Positions 24,961 to 37,487 of a stretch of DNA of 64,000 nucleotides are shown one piece after another. Under the pieces are notes generated by a model. That model had not been told where the DNA came from. It made no database searches and saw only the letters and a list, made by a program, of their open reading frames with translations. The DNA comes from Bigelowiella natans CCMP2755 (taxonomy: Eukaryota > Protista > Cercozoa), in contig ADNK01000021.1 of the NCBI GenBank assembly GCA_000320545.1, positions 30,179 through 94,178 of the forward strand, read 5' to 3'. A program made the translations under genes and the position numbers. Numbering within the stretch: position 1 is the first letter of the stretch; the number at the start of each line of letters is the position of its first letter.

Positions 24961-26320
24961 AGAATTTGTTGTCGCCGCTCTCGGAGGAATTCCACAACCA
25001 CCTGCTCTGCTTCGTCAACCCTGGATTCGGAGCTGTGAAGTGGCTGCCTGTGGGGAAGCGCCGCTGAGGGGGTTCCCACAGCCCAGGCTGACCCACGAAC
25101 GCCGGCGGAGGAGGCGGGCCATTTTCCCCCTCTCTAGCCACCCACCCATGCCCTCACAACCCCTTTTCAGAATCGCATGGTGGAGGCCTCCACAACACAA
25201 GCAGAGCACCCTGTTTTTCACAAACTCACTTCGGACGAGAACCTGGGCGTCCTTTGTTTGATCGACACTCAACTCCCAACACACAAGAGGGTGCTGACAA
25301 GTCCTCGAAATGGTTTTTGCTCGCAGCTGCAGCTGCGTGCAAGTGTGCGCACAATGGAAGTTCCCTTTCCAAAGTGTCACATCACGAGTGATTCACCTCA
25401 CCTGAAAAAGCAACAGGGCATTGGGACTGACCGGCCACTCACAGGTCGCAAGAGCGCTACTGATTACCGGTTGTCTCGATTGTGCCGGTTGCATCGGGCA
25501 CACGGTCAACAAACAAATCCCAACGGTCGCCACTTTTCCGCTCCCTGTCCTCTTTTCCTTCACACACGTTCTGTTGAATTGTCCACATCGCAGTTTTCAA
25601 AGCACAAAAGCAACGTGCGATTTTTTTCCCGACATGCAGTGTTGTGAATTGCAATCGTTTGAGACGATGCAGTTCCTCCTGTTCTCCTCATTCTGCTTCT
25701 TCCCCTCTCTCGACATCTCCTCCCGCATTTGGAGGACCAATTCTTCCAATTTGACACCGCAAAGGTGGTGATCTCCCCGTCTTGCACACACACACGCAAA
25801 CGCACACACGTGCTGGCGTGCACAAATTGGCGGTTCCGTTGTGTGTGCTGTACACTGCCATCTTATCCGCGTGTGCTGCTGCTTGGTTGTGATTGATGCA
25901 TGTTCCTGTTCGCAAGTCCATTGTTGCGGTTGGTGCAAAACGGTGATGACCGATCATTGCGCTTGGTTGTTGTTGTTGTCGTTGTGCTCAGAAAAACAAG
26001 CCAGACGCGCAAGAGGTGACTCCCATGTCAGTGCTGTCAACCTAGCTTCTCCAGCTAGCTAGTCCTGCCCATGCCAGCATGTTGGTGATGAGGACCTCGC
26101 CCAACCGGCTAGCCGGCGGTGCTCTGTTTGGTGTTGCCAACACGCACTGCATGTGCTTGCCAAAATTATGAGCAGGCTTGTGTACATTCACCATGTCAAT
26201 TGACACTTTACACACGACAACAGAAATGAAACAAAAGACTGCAACCTGGAACGTGGACAACACGTGTTGCATGTGCAGAAAGGCTGTTTCCATTGTTCCA
26301 CGTTGCCATGCGGCCAGATT
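24961..26320. other. TpA-depleted intergenic domain B (possible decayed mobile element)
   Basis: Only 5 TA in 24961-26040. Zero in 25137-25457 and in 25467-25850. CTAG survivors cluster at 26042-26112. Confidence 0.85.
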
Positions 26321-26329
26321 ATAGACATG

Positions 26330-26376
<47 letters not shown>

Positions 26377-26516
26377 TACTGTGTCTATTATCCAGCGCAT
26401 GTCAAATCATTGTCAACGCTTGGTGCTGTCAGCCATGGTTTCCATAAGTGCAAGATCAACTCACACCGCTTGCACTAAGTGCAATGTCATGCATGTGAGT
26501 TGTTGTCAATGCAATT

Positions 26517-28038
26517 TCATGCCACTGGTGTTCTAAGAAGCAGCTCAACAGCATGGACTGCGGCCGGCATCAACAGATTGTCGAATTCTGGCGGGGACAC
26601 AGCTTCCACAAGAGTGCCGATCACAGCAAACAGCAGCCATGACGAGCTCCAGCCAGGTGTTCCCAATGCGAATCGGAAAACCTTTTATGGATGAACATTG
26701 CTCATGAGAATACGAACATTGGTTGTTGCAGATGATGGTTCTGACCATCATGCCTAGCAACGAGCCCAGAAAACAGCTGACCGAACCGATTAAGCTTTTT
26801 GTCTGTCCAAATGGTGTTCGGTACCTCCAGCTTAATTTTCCAAACCTAGGAATTGTCATTACAATTGGACACCATGCTTTTGATGGAAATCGATGATCGG
26901 AGGAACATTGAACATTGAACATTGAACTGAGCATTGATGCAAAACAACGTGCGCAAGAATCACATGGGTGACCACCGTTGGCCGAACAAGGAGGACAATC
27001 CATCCCCCCAACCAAGCACCGCCATTATTGTCGCACCCTCTGCCCGTTGAAATAGTCCTAAGCCAACCTGTAAAATTTGATCAATTGGAGAAGGGATCAT
27101 ATGCTCATTTTTGGCAATAACATAGACATTATATGCCGTTTAGGAAGAAGAGCTAACTTACCACACACATAAGAGTGCTAAACATTAGCGGCCCGCGTAT
27201 CAGCTCGATAGGGTCCCCAGATCTGCTCAACTTCTGGACAAGCTTGTGATTCGGATCCTGCAAAATGCAACAATGAGCACGACATTCACACCGTGTGAAA
27301 AACTGCAGCTCTTAGAGAGAATCATTGAAACAATCGTGGGAGCTTTCTCACAGGATTTATGAGCCCTCTGTAAATCAGCTCTAGGGAGTACACCTGATCA
27401 TTAGAAAAGATAGGCACATCTTTATCAACATAGTTTGGGATGAAGGATCTTCGACATCAGCTGATTTAGAATAGTGCAGAGACCGCAGGAATAAGGATGT
27501 TGAGCCTCCATGCCCAGTGAGAGGGGTTAAAGAAGCGCCACATCTATTTTCACCACCAGAAGAAGGCAGACACTGTCAGGCAGATCTACATTACTCCAGC
27601 GTATGGGATTCAATAGTAATTAGATCATCATGTTAATATCTGTGTTTCACTTTATACATGAGGGTGTACGACAATCAAGATAAAACTAGAAGTGTTGAGG
27701 ATCTACCCATATCCAGCTCCCGGCAGACACGTGCACCATTTTTCGAGAAACGTGTCCGCCCACCCTTGCTCTCAGTTTCTCGCCTAATCCCATCACGATC
27801 TGTGAGGTGGATGAGGAATGAGGCTCAGGCTGGAATCAAAAGCATACGCACAAACCCCAGCATATCCGACCGTCCCCGCAGCCGCCTTTTGTATCAACAA
27901 TGAGAAGGAAGAGAAGTCGCACTTAGTCTCTCAGAAGCGACTATGAGAACATTGGATGATCAGCAAACCTAACGTACTCACAATAAGGTTTTGCGCCAGC
28001 GGGCTCATTGTCCTTGCGCTGTCCACAGCCATCGACAT
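26517..28038 (-). CDS. Phytol/farnesol kinase family (VTE5/FOLK, CTP-dependent polyprenol kinase), ~9 exons
   Basis: Spliced: MSMAVDSARTMSPLAQNLI / AAAGTVGYAGV / CEKLRARVGGHVSRKMVHVSAGSWIW / MWRFFNPSHWAWRLNILIPA / VYSLELIYRGLINP / DPNHKLVQKLSRSGDPIELIRGPLMF / MAVLGWGDGLSSLFGQR / FGKL..TKSLIGSVSCF / LVEAVSPPEFDNLLMP. SRKxVH, RGPL, GDG, KSxxGS and DN motifs are all present. Confidence 0.9.
26902..26968. repeat. Dispersed ~65-bp repeat with (AACATTG)3, copy 1 (in phytol-kinase intron)
   Basis: Aligns with 50998-51063 and 59677-59720. Confidence 0.85.
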
Positions 28039-28185
28039 TCCCCTGATTTGTCACAAGCCTCACCGTGTTAATGTTAGATACGGGTTTTGAGGAATTAGGA
28101 AAAAAATATACGATATTTTGCCGATGTCCATGCCAACTATGTGATCTTCGGGAAAAGGACGACAGAACGCATGCTGTAGATCTGA

Positions 28186-28542
<357 letters not shown>

Positions 28543-28561
28543 GTAAAAATTGTAGGCTAAT

Positions 28562-28968
28562 ATGGCTTTGAATTTAGCAGAAGGACAGGACCTTCGACAA
28601 CGAAAGATGACAGCATGCACCGACGAAGATAGAGGGGAACCAGCTGCCTGCAGAGAAATTTTGCAGCTAAGGCGAATCGAAGACACGCCATCATGGCTCA
28701 GAAGGTAGGGTATAGGCAAGAGAATTAGATGTGAGATTATAGTTGTTGCGTTGTGTTAATTTCGTGGGGGTTGCTTTTGACTTAGAAGCATAACTTAGAA
28801 GCAATATTGCACTCTCACTCCTGATAATTTGCATGTTTCCTATGTCCTTATAATCGGAAGGCCATATATTTTAAGGTGTTGTCAATTGCCTCTTCCCCTC
28901 TTTTTCTTCTTCTTCTCCTTACATGATTCTGTGAATACTGCGCATATTCTGAGCCATCCGCACTCACA

Positions 28969-29010
<42 letters not shown>

Positions 29011-30193
29011 GGCTACAGGGTGGGGTTTTCGATCCCAGCATGTCTCCGATCGCTCTTTACCATCCATAATGAAACAGGTTCTAGAAACCTATCATAGAAT
29101 TTACACTTGCATCCTATTCGAGGTGTAAAAGATTGCTGTATTAGCCCTCTTCTGACAATGTCTCATCGAATCAGGGAACATCTACACCCACATGCTGCCC
29201 AGCCTCATGTTCTTCTGGGCCCTTTTGCTTAACTTGTCATCACTGCTCGCATCGCTCAGCAATGCCGACGAGGCAGATGGGTCTGTTTCTGGTGTTGAAG
29301 ACTCCAGAATAACCGGGATAGTGGACAAGTGTGACCTCAGCTTTGACATGCATGCATCATAAAATATGATGACGATAATAAAGAAGAAACCACCTATGAT
29401 TCTCTTTTTCTTGTTCTTGTTAATGGTACCGGCTGGAAAAGTAAAGCTACTAACCATCTACTTTTAATCAGAGTGATACTATGCTTGTATTGTTTCTCTG
29501 TCGCTTTCTGCATGGCTTCTAGGTATTCTACCACCCCCCCCTCCCAACCCCTCCGACCTCCTTGACTGTAACCCTGATGCTACGTATTGTATGCCATCCT
29601 CAGCTCTCTATTCCACACGTGTGGATGCCATTCTGAATCGACATGGAAGTCGCTCTTACGGTCCTCCTCTCCTCCTCCTCCTCCTCCTCCTCCTCCTCCT
29701 CCTTATCATCATTATCATAATGCAATTATCCTATCCAGTATTGCTATGCCGGGCATTTCATCAAGTGTTATTATTCCTTCCAAAAGACAACAACAACATC
29801 AACAACAACAACGCAAATTAGATGCGACATGAACGGCATCGCGCTATTGATCTCCGCCACATTACTGCCTGGGTTTTACTACGGGTACATTTAATTCGTC
29901 ATCGCCATTGTGCACATGACACACTCGATGCTGCCTCGGGCTGAAAAACGATGTTCACTTTTACTTACTACTACTACTACTACACTACAGGCTGGGTTGT
30001 CATCCCTTCCTTCAATTCTTCTATACTAGCGTGGCCACTGGACTGCTGACGATTGCACTCGCTTTCTCTAACCTAGATGCGTCATTCAGGTTCTCCTTCT
30101 CCTGTCCTTCTCTCTTTCCCGGCGCGCATTTCACCATTCTTATGACTCAAATCTCCTCGTGGTTCTTATGTGCTCGTGTCGTCGCGATGACGA

Positions 30194-30235
<42 letters not shown>

Positions 30236-30312
30236 GGTGGGTGATGAAAGGAAATGGAAAAATTACGTGGTCATCAACGAGGCGCTTATGGCCTCCACTG
30301 CGGTCAAATTTC

Positions 30313-30350
<38 letters not shown>

Positions 30351-31200
30351 TTGTGACGGAGGACGATAATGTACGACGTTGATGGTGGGCATGCTAGAGA
30401 TGATGCATGCTGCGTCTCATACATCGAAGAATAATTATCAGATATTTTCGTTGGTACCCATGCTACATTGGATCCTAATTTCACCGCGGTCTGAGCTCGA
30501 TATTTTCCTCCCGAAAGTACGTATTAATCCTAGGCAGCATTAAACAGGAAAGGGTCAGAGGACGGTGACAACCAGATAAACATAGAGGCATTATGTGCGG
30601 CTGCAACTAGATAGTCATTTCAGTTGCGGCAATTGCCGTTTGACAAGTCGATGAATCATTATGCAGAGAGATAGGGAGTAGAAGATTTGTCTCGCAGAAG
30701 ACCTTCATGAATGGATAAAAAGATCAGAGAGAGAACTAGAGAGAGAATGAGAGTATTTCCTAGCCTTTATCATTGCTTGCACAGTTTCTCCTTTGTAATG
30801 TGCCCTACTCCTCCTCTTCCTCGTCTTAGACTATCACTCTCACATCTCCGTGCTTTCGAAAACAAACTTAGGTCTTAAAGTGTGTGGGACTGTATGGGCT
30901 AGGATTCACCTTCTTCGTTACCAAGGTGCCGGAGCGGTTAATGCCAGGTGCTTTTGACTATATCCTGAGCAGCCATCAGGTAGAAGCAGCACTACTTCAG
31001 ATAGTTTTAGGGCGAAGAGATGCATCACCATTTGATTCGCCCGACCAATCATCGATATCATACGTGAGAACGACGATTTCGGGGACTGATTGCTTTTATG
31101 CACTTAGATTTGGCATGTTTTCATCGTCCTGGCCGCTGCTTCGTGGAGGAACACACTGCTTTGCTTCATCTATTATCGGCAGCGAACAGCGTGCATTTAG
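28562..31200 (+). CDS. PAQR / adiponectin-receptor (HlyIII) family membrane protein, multi-exon
   Basis: PSWLR-RPYIL-SGYR..SLFTIHNET-GNIYTH, SSLFHTCGCHSE, KVPERLMPGAFDYILSSHQ-IWHVF. The Zn-binding SxxxH and HxxxH motifs are intact. Confidence 0.92.
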
Positions 31201-31374
31201 CATGAGAATTCTCGAAGCTTACCTTAATTTTGTTGCCATAGGCAGCAGGCGTATGTAGTCAAGATATTATAACTTGCATGTATGTGCTAGCCTGGTCGAC
31301 TGACACAGCGAGGCATTTGAAGCTTCGATTCAAGTCAATAGGAAGTATGCCATGAATTACACACGCTAGCACGG

Positions 31375-31406
<32 letters not shown>

Positions 31407-32665
31407 TACGGGGACATATGTGAACTATATGCTGCTACGCATACATCAACGTGTCATAGATATCTAGACATGCATATACTACATAGCAAGTATATTGTGC
31501 GTGACCATGCATTTGCTAATAAGTGACGATGTTTGTATAGACGTAAGCGACACCAGTATACCCATACAGGTATACGTGTCTTTAACAGACATTGACGCTG
31601 TGTCACAACAAAGCATGTGCACATGCATGATGGCTGATGGATGACATTGCGGTGCAATGACGTGCATGCGCATCGTCCTCAGCACCTGTTGTGGAGGTAC
31701 ATACGCACAGGCTTTTTGTTCAATGATGATCACAAGGAAGGATAGATGCGCTGCGGTCGGAACAAGGCTAAAAGCTATGGCATTGACATCTGAGACATCT
31801 AACGCTACATATTGAGCGATGCATGCATGGCCGCTTCATATTGTGTTCGGGCGGGTAGCTACACATGTAGAGCCCACGCATGCCGTAGATTTTCCCTGCG
31901 CCTGCGGTGGGAATATTAAACAAACGACCTGATATGGAAACTGTACAACACATGTGTCTTTACTTGCATGCAGTTGAGAAAGTTGATAGAATGCCTCGTC
32001 CACAACAAAGGCGGGACTGTGACTACTCTCACAGCCATCAAATCTATCTGTAGAAAGAAGAAACCTAGCGAAGCAAGATCAATCCGTCCGCCAATTCACG
32101 GAAAAAAACTGGAAGAATCGTCTCATGAAATTAAACACGACGAGTAGTCTCTTTGAAGAACAATGCGCGGGAGCTGCGTTCTTCAATATGATGGTTGATA
32201 ATAATGATAATAATATTCACTCTCATCTAAACGACTCTTTATGACACACACACACACTAACACACACACACGTACTATATGTATGACATATTCATATAAG
32301 TATCTTTATGTATATCTAAAGAATATATTTATGTACATAAGATAAATATAACGGAAGAGAAAGAAGTAGGTTATTTACACGGGTTGTTTGATTGTATTCA
32401 TAGCATATAATCCAATGGATTGGAGAAGAAGATACTTTCGATGAGAATAATTGGGAGCCACACGCGCACACAAACACAAACACACACACACACACACACA
32501 CATGCAAACATATTCACACTTAAATAAACTTTAGATTACATAAGAAGAATTCTGCAGATGATTGATTGATTTACACAGGGCGAGTAGTCGTCGCCCTCCT
32601 CCTTCTTCTTCTTGAGGCATATTCTCCTCTCGCATCTCCAATTATCCCCTTCATTGATGAGACGG

Positions 32666-33285
32666 CTATTCCTCCTCCATATCCGGAACCTACGAAATGA
32701 TGAAAGATGCATCACATTCTTGAAGTAGAGAGAGAGAGAGGGAGAGGGAGAGACAGCAGCAGCAGAAGCGACTAAACTATGGCTGCAACGACGACTAGGG
32801 AGAAAGATTCATTGACCTCGATCTCGAGTTCCATATTCTCACGACGAAGTAGCAGCATGCGGGCCTCTGGGTGGAGGAATAAAGTAGCCCGTGAGAGCAG
32901 TATGAATGATGATGATGATGATATGATGATGATGACGGCGACGATAGAGAACAATAAGGGCATGATGAGAGAGTTCTGAAAGGGATTGATGAGACAGTAG
33001 CATCAACAAACACGATGCACGTAGTACCGTTGATTTGGTCTTCGATAGCCTTGCTGCTGGCCAGTTTCAAAGGGATCATTTCACGAGAGTTCTTGCGAAG
33101 AACCTAGTAGTCAAGGTGGTCGTCATCATTCGTATCATTCACTATCATCATCATCATCATCCTCATCATCATCATGATTTGGCTGCAATCATCGTTGCTG
33201 TGCCTCCCACCTCAAGGTCCACATCATCGCCTACGCCCAGCTTGTTCACCACCTGTGTGCGTTGGGAGTGGGGGATGGTTAAAGA

Positions 33286-33324
<39 letters not shown>

Positions 33325-33390
33325 GAATGAGCAGATGACAACGACAAACACCCCATGATTCAAACCCAACCTCTTTACCACACCTTACCC

Positions 33391-33437
<47 letters not shown>

Positions 33438-34406
33438 CACATACAAATATACTGCAGCATATACAAGCATACAAGCACACACACACACAATCACACACAC
33501 AATCACACACACACAATCACACAATCACACAATCACACACATTCACCCGATAAAAGTACCGACGATTGTGCAACAGCTTTACTATTCACTCCGAGGATGA
33601 TGTCACCAAGCACAGGGCGCCCGAACTCGTCCCGCACAGTGGGGCGTATTCCTGCTTTTGCAGCTGGGGAACCAGGCACCACCTGACAATCGAGATGATG
33701 ATGATGGTGGTGATGATGATGATGAGATCATCACGCGCAAGATCTCCGCCCCCCTCCCTAACTCTCTAACGACGACGACGATGACGACTAACTAACAATC
33801 ATTAATACCTGTAGTACAAGGAGTCCCGTATCGATTCCGAGCATTCTGGCTGTTCTATCAGGTGCCAGTACCGCGCCAAGCACCGCGCGCTGGACCTTGC
33901 CCCCTTCCAGGAGCTGCGAAACCACCTGAGTTCGGAACAACAACACAGTAGTAAGAAAAGAGCAGGAGTACGAGGAGGAGGAAGGACAAGGGCCTTCGAT
34001 GCTGCGAGCAATAGGTGTGGGCTGTATCATTGCTATTACTACTACACAAGTAGTAGTTCCAGTAGAGACGTGATGATTATTGTGCGTGTTTGATTTGAAC
34101 TCACGCTGCGGACAAGATCGATCGGCAATGCGAAGCCAACTCCAGCAAATGCGCCACTTGGGGAGAGAAGTGCCGTGTTCACCCCGATCACCTTTGAAAT
34201 CAACACATCAGAAAGGGGTTTCAGATTAAGTCAGGTTTTTGTTTTTCAGTATGATGAAAATTCAGCAGAAATGCTTTGCACGCTGCAAATGGCGCTACTG
34301 TCTCAGTGGGTAAAATGGGTGGTTTCAGCAACGACGATAATTGCTACAATTCACTAATTTCATACTAATTACCCTGATAGCTATATTAACACTTACGCGC
34401 CAACCC

Positions 34407-34476
<70 letters not shown>

Positions 34477-34758
34477 ACATACACGCCAATCACTACTGAC
34501 TTTGCCCTCGGAATCAAGTAGGGGGCCACCGCTATTTCCAGGGTTGATGGCAGCATCAGTCTGGATGATATCTGTGATAAATCGGCCCGTGCCTGGACTT
34601 TGCATGTCTCGGGTAAGACCTAGCCAAACGCACCGACGGAGTAGTAGCGTTTCTTCTTCTTCTTCTTCTTCTTCTTCTTCTTCTTCTCATATCGTGGCAA
34701 AGTAGTGTACGCGAAGGTCTCTTCTTTGTTATATTTGATGTAAGTGGTTGAAGTGGCA

Positions 34759-34791
<33 letters not shown>

Positions 34792-35055
34792 CCGGAGATG
34801 ATGCCGCGTGTGAGGGTGTGGTCCAGCCCAAAAGGATTACCGATGGCGTAGACGCTCTGTCCGACCTTAAGCTTTGCGGAATCGCCGAAGTGGACCTGGT
34901 TGGTAGTTAGTTCGTTCGGTCGTTAGTAAGTCACCAATCGTCACAGTAGTGAGAAGAAGGAGAAGAAGAAGAAGGACAAGAAGGAGAAGACTCATGTCTC
35001 TAAGTAACGATAATTGTGTGTGTGTGTGTGTGTGCGTGCGTGCCCACGCGCAATA

Positions 35056-35094
<39 letters not shown>

Positions 35095-35568
35095 CCCACC
35101 GGTCTGAGAAAGCTGTTAGAGCTGTGGGGAGACACTGCTGCGCTGGTGTCCTTGCCCCCAGCCTTGAGGTTGTTCTTTGAGGGTGGCGCATCTTGGCTGG
35201 TGGGACGTACGGATGCGAGAGACGCGCTTGGAGCTGTTAGACTGCCCTGATTATGGTGATGAAGAATGATGCAAAGAAAGAGAGAAATGATGAAATTCGG
35301 AATATAAAAGAAGAAGAAGAAGAAGAAGAAGAAGCCGGGCCATTTCCTTCCTTTCAACGGAAAATCAACTGAGTGCAGGCTGCTTGGCGATGTGACCATA
35401 CGTAGCGGTTCCTCCTACCCCTACTCCTACTCCTCCTCCTCCTCCTACTACTACTACTACTACTACTACTACCGAAGGAGGTGCTGGCATCAATTTAAGA
35501 ACAGCAAGATCTGTGTCTGGGTCTACGCCTACCACCTATTATTATGCGGATGATGGACCAAGGTACGA

Positions 35569-35601
<33 letters not shown>

Positions 35602-35840
35602 GTGAGGAGGAGAGGCAACAAGAGTCATCTCTACAAGCATCATGGATGAATAATTCGACAACTGAATCCTAAGTCGCTCTTGCTTCCCACCTTAGCTCTT
35701 ATGGATACGGAGCCCATGAAGGTCACCTGAGTTAAAATTGGCAGAGGAAGTCTCAACGATTTGCTAGCACGCAGATTGAAGCAGCTCACATCCAGTACCA
35801 CTACCGAACAATCATTCCTAACGAGCATTGAGTAGTAGTG

Positions 35841-35877
<37 letters not shown>

Positions 35878-36803
35878 CAGCAGCAGCAGCAGTAGAGCAT
35901 TGACCTGCACGTTGTCTGCATCCTCCACCACATGCAGATTTGTCACAACATGGCCATCCCTGACAGATGTTAACCGAGAGTACGTCAAAGACAGAAAAAA
36001 ATGCAGAATTGTAATATCGATGAGCACACACCCTATACTATCAATCAGGAGGAGGATTGCGTGTTGTTAAGGCGCTACTCACGTGTCCCAGACGAAGCCA
36101 GAGCCGGACTGGGTTGGGTATTCGCTGCGCTGTAAGGTAAGGGCGTCCTGTGCTCCACGAAATGTCGTGATAAATACAACGCTGGGAGTTGCGATATCAA
36201 ACATCTTGACCACCTAAAGGATTTGTTTCCAACACAAATTGGAATCACAAGACATTTTCGTAGCGAATGTTGGCAAACTGTTTCATTGTAGGGGGGAGGG
36301 GGGCAACTTATTACCGCCTGCTCGTCGAAGTTAAGTCTGGTCGCTGCTTCAGCAATTTGCCATCGGTAAAGTGGTCCATCGTTGAGAGGCCCGACGATTC
36401 CAGACACGATAGGTACAGATGCGGAGAGGCCCAACCCTCCCATAATTCTACGACGACCTGAGGTTCCTTCACTCTGCACTCCGACCACTACGCTCCTGGA
36501 CGCGCCACGATCCGGCAGCATGCTTGGAGGAATTTGCTTTGCCATGGCACTGCGCTTCGCCATGATTGGAGACTCTAGAGATGGAACCGAGGGTGGTGAA
36601 CATGTGCACAAAACGAGGAAGACGGCACTTGCCACAAGGGCCACCAAAGCAAGGCCCTACAGAGGGGGGGGGGAATGATCAGCAATTTGAGCCTCATCAC
36701 ATGTGTTTCGAATTATTTTTACATTGCAACAGGTGTCAACATTACAAGAGCATGCGTGATTCTTTCTGTCAACTTTAGGAGGAAAATGGAAGTTGCTCCT
36801 CAT
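32666..36803 (-). CDS. DegP/HtrA serine protease (Deg1-like) with PDZ domain and bipartite plastid leader
   Basis: Leader [25 protein letters not shown]; catalytic [38 protein letters not shown]; [14 protein letters not shown]; PDZ region [11 protein letters not shown]. Confidence 0.93.
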
Positions 36804-37487
36804 GGAATCACATGAACTGGCGGGAAGATGATAGACTTGCATCCCAAGAAACCACGTGAATTCGGAAAGGCGATCACGATGAACCTCCATTTTTTTTCGA
36901 ACAAAAAACTCGGGAAAATTATCCAGTAATACTTACGGAATAGCGAATGTTGTTTCGGCGCATTTTTAACGAGGATAAGCTCCGGGAAAGGGGGAAGGGC
37001 AACCCAGACGAATTGTGTGGAAGTGCAAAGCGATCAGATTTCGTCAACGGAGATTCGAGCAATGCATCCACCTCAAAATGGAAGATGTGATGATTATTTC
37101 CAGTCGCTATGGAAAAATGATGCACATTTTCCATTTTGTCTTTGGATGACCTACCGAAACCAAGAGAAAATAAACTACCTTGATCTTCTGATCCTTAATA
37201 CCCACACGGAATCGATAAAATAGGAACCTTTATTAGGTTGCGTCATCACCTGCATGTTGTCGCAATGGGTTGTTTTTCATATTTCTCCTATAATCGATAA
37301 TTGAATTTTTCAAAGACTGAATGCTCTCCGGGTAGAGAATAAAAAATGTTCGTGTATTCTGCAATTCATGGTCTTTTACACTTTGTCGTTTATCAAAATG
37401 ACAATGCATTCTTTATTCCGAAAAAATACTTGACCTAACTCTTTGCTGAAAACAGTGGCTCTGTAACCGGAACACGTACTCACAACA

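Noticed and set aside
26902-26925. (AACATTG)3 or the 39-bp duplication as a CRISPR array or telomeric repeat
   Set aside because: No spacers or cas genes, eukaryotic context, and not a telomere-type G-rich unit.
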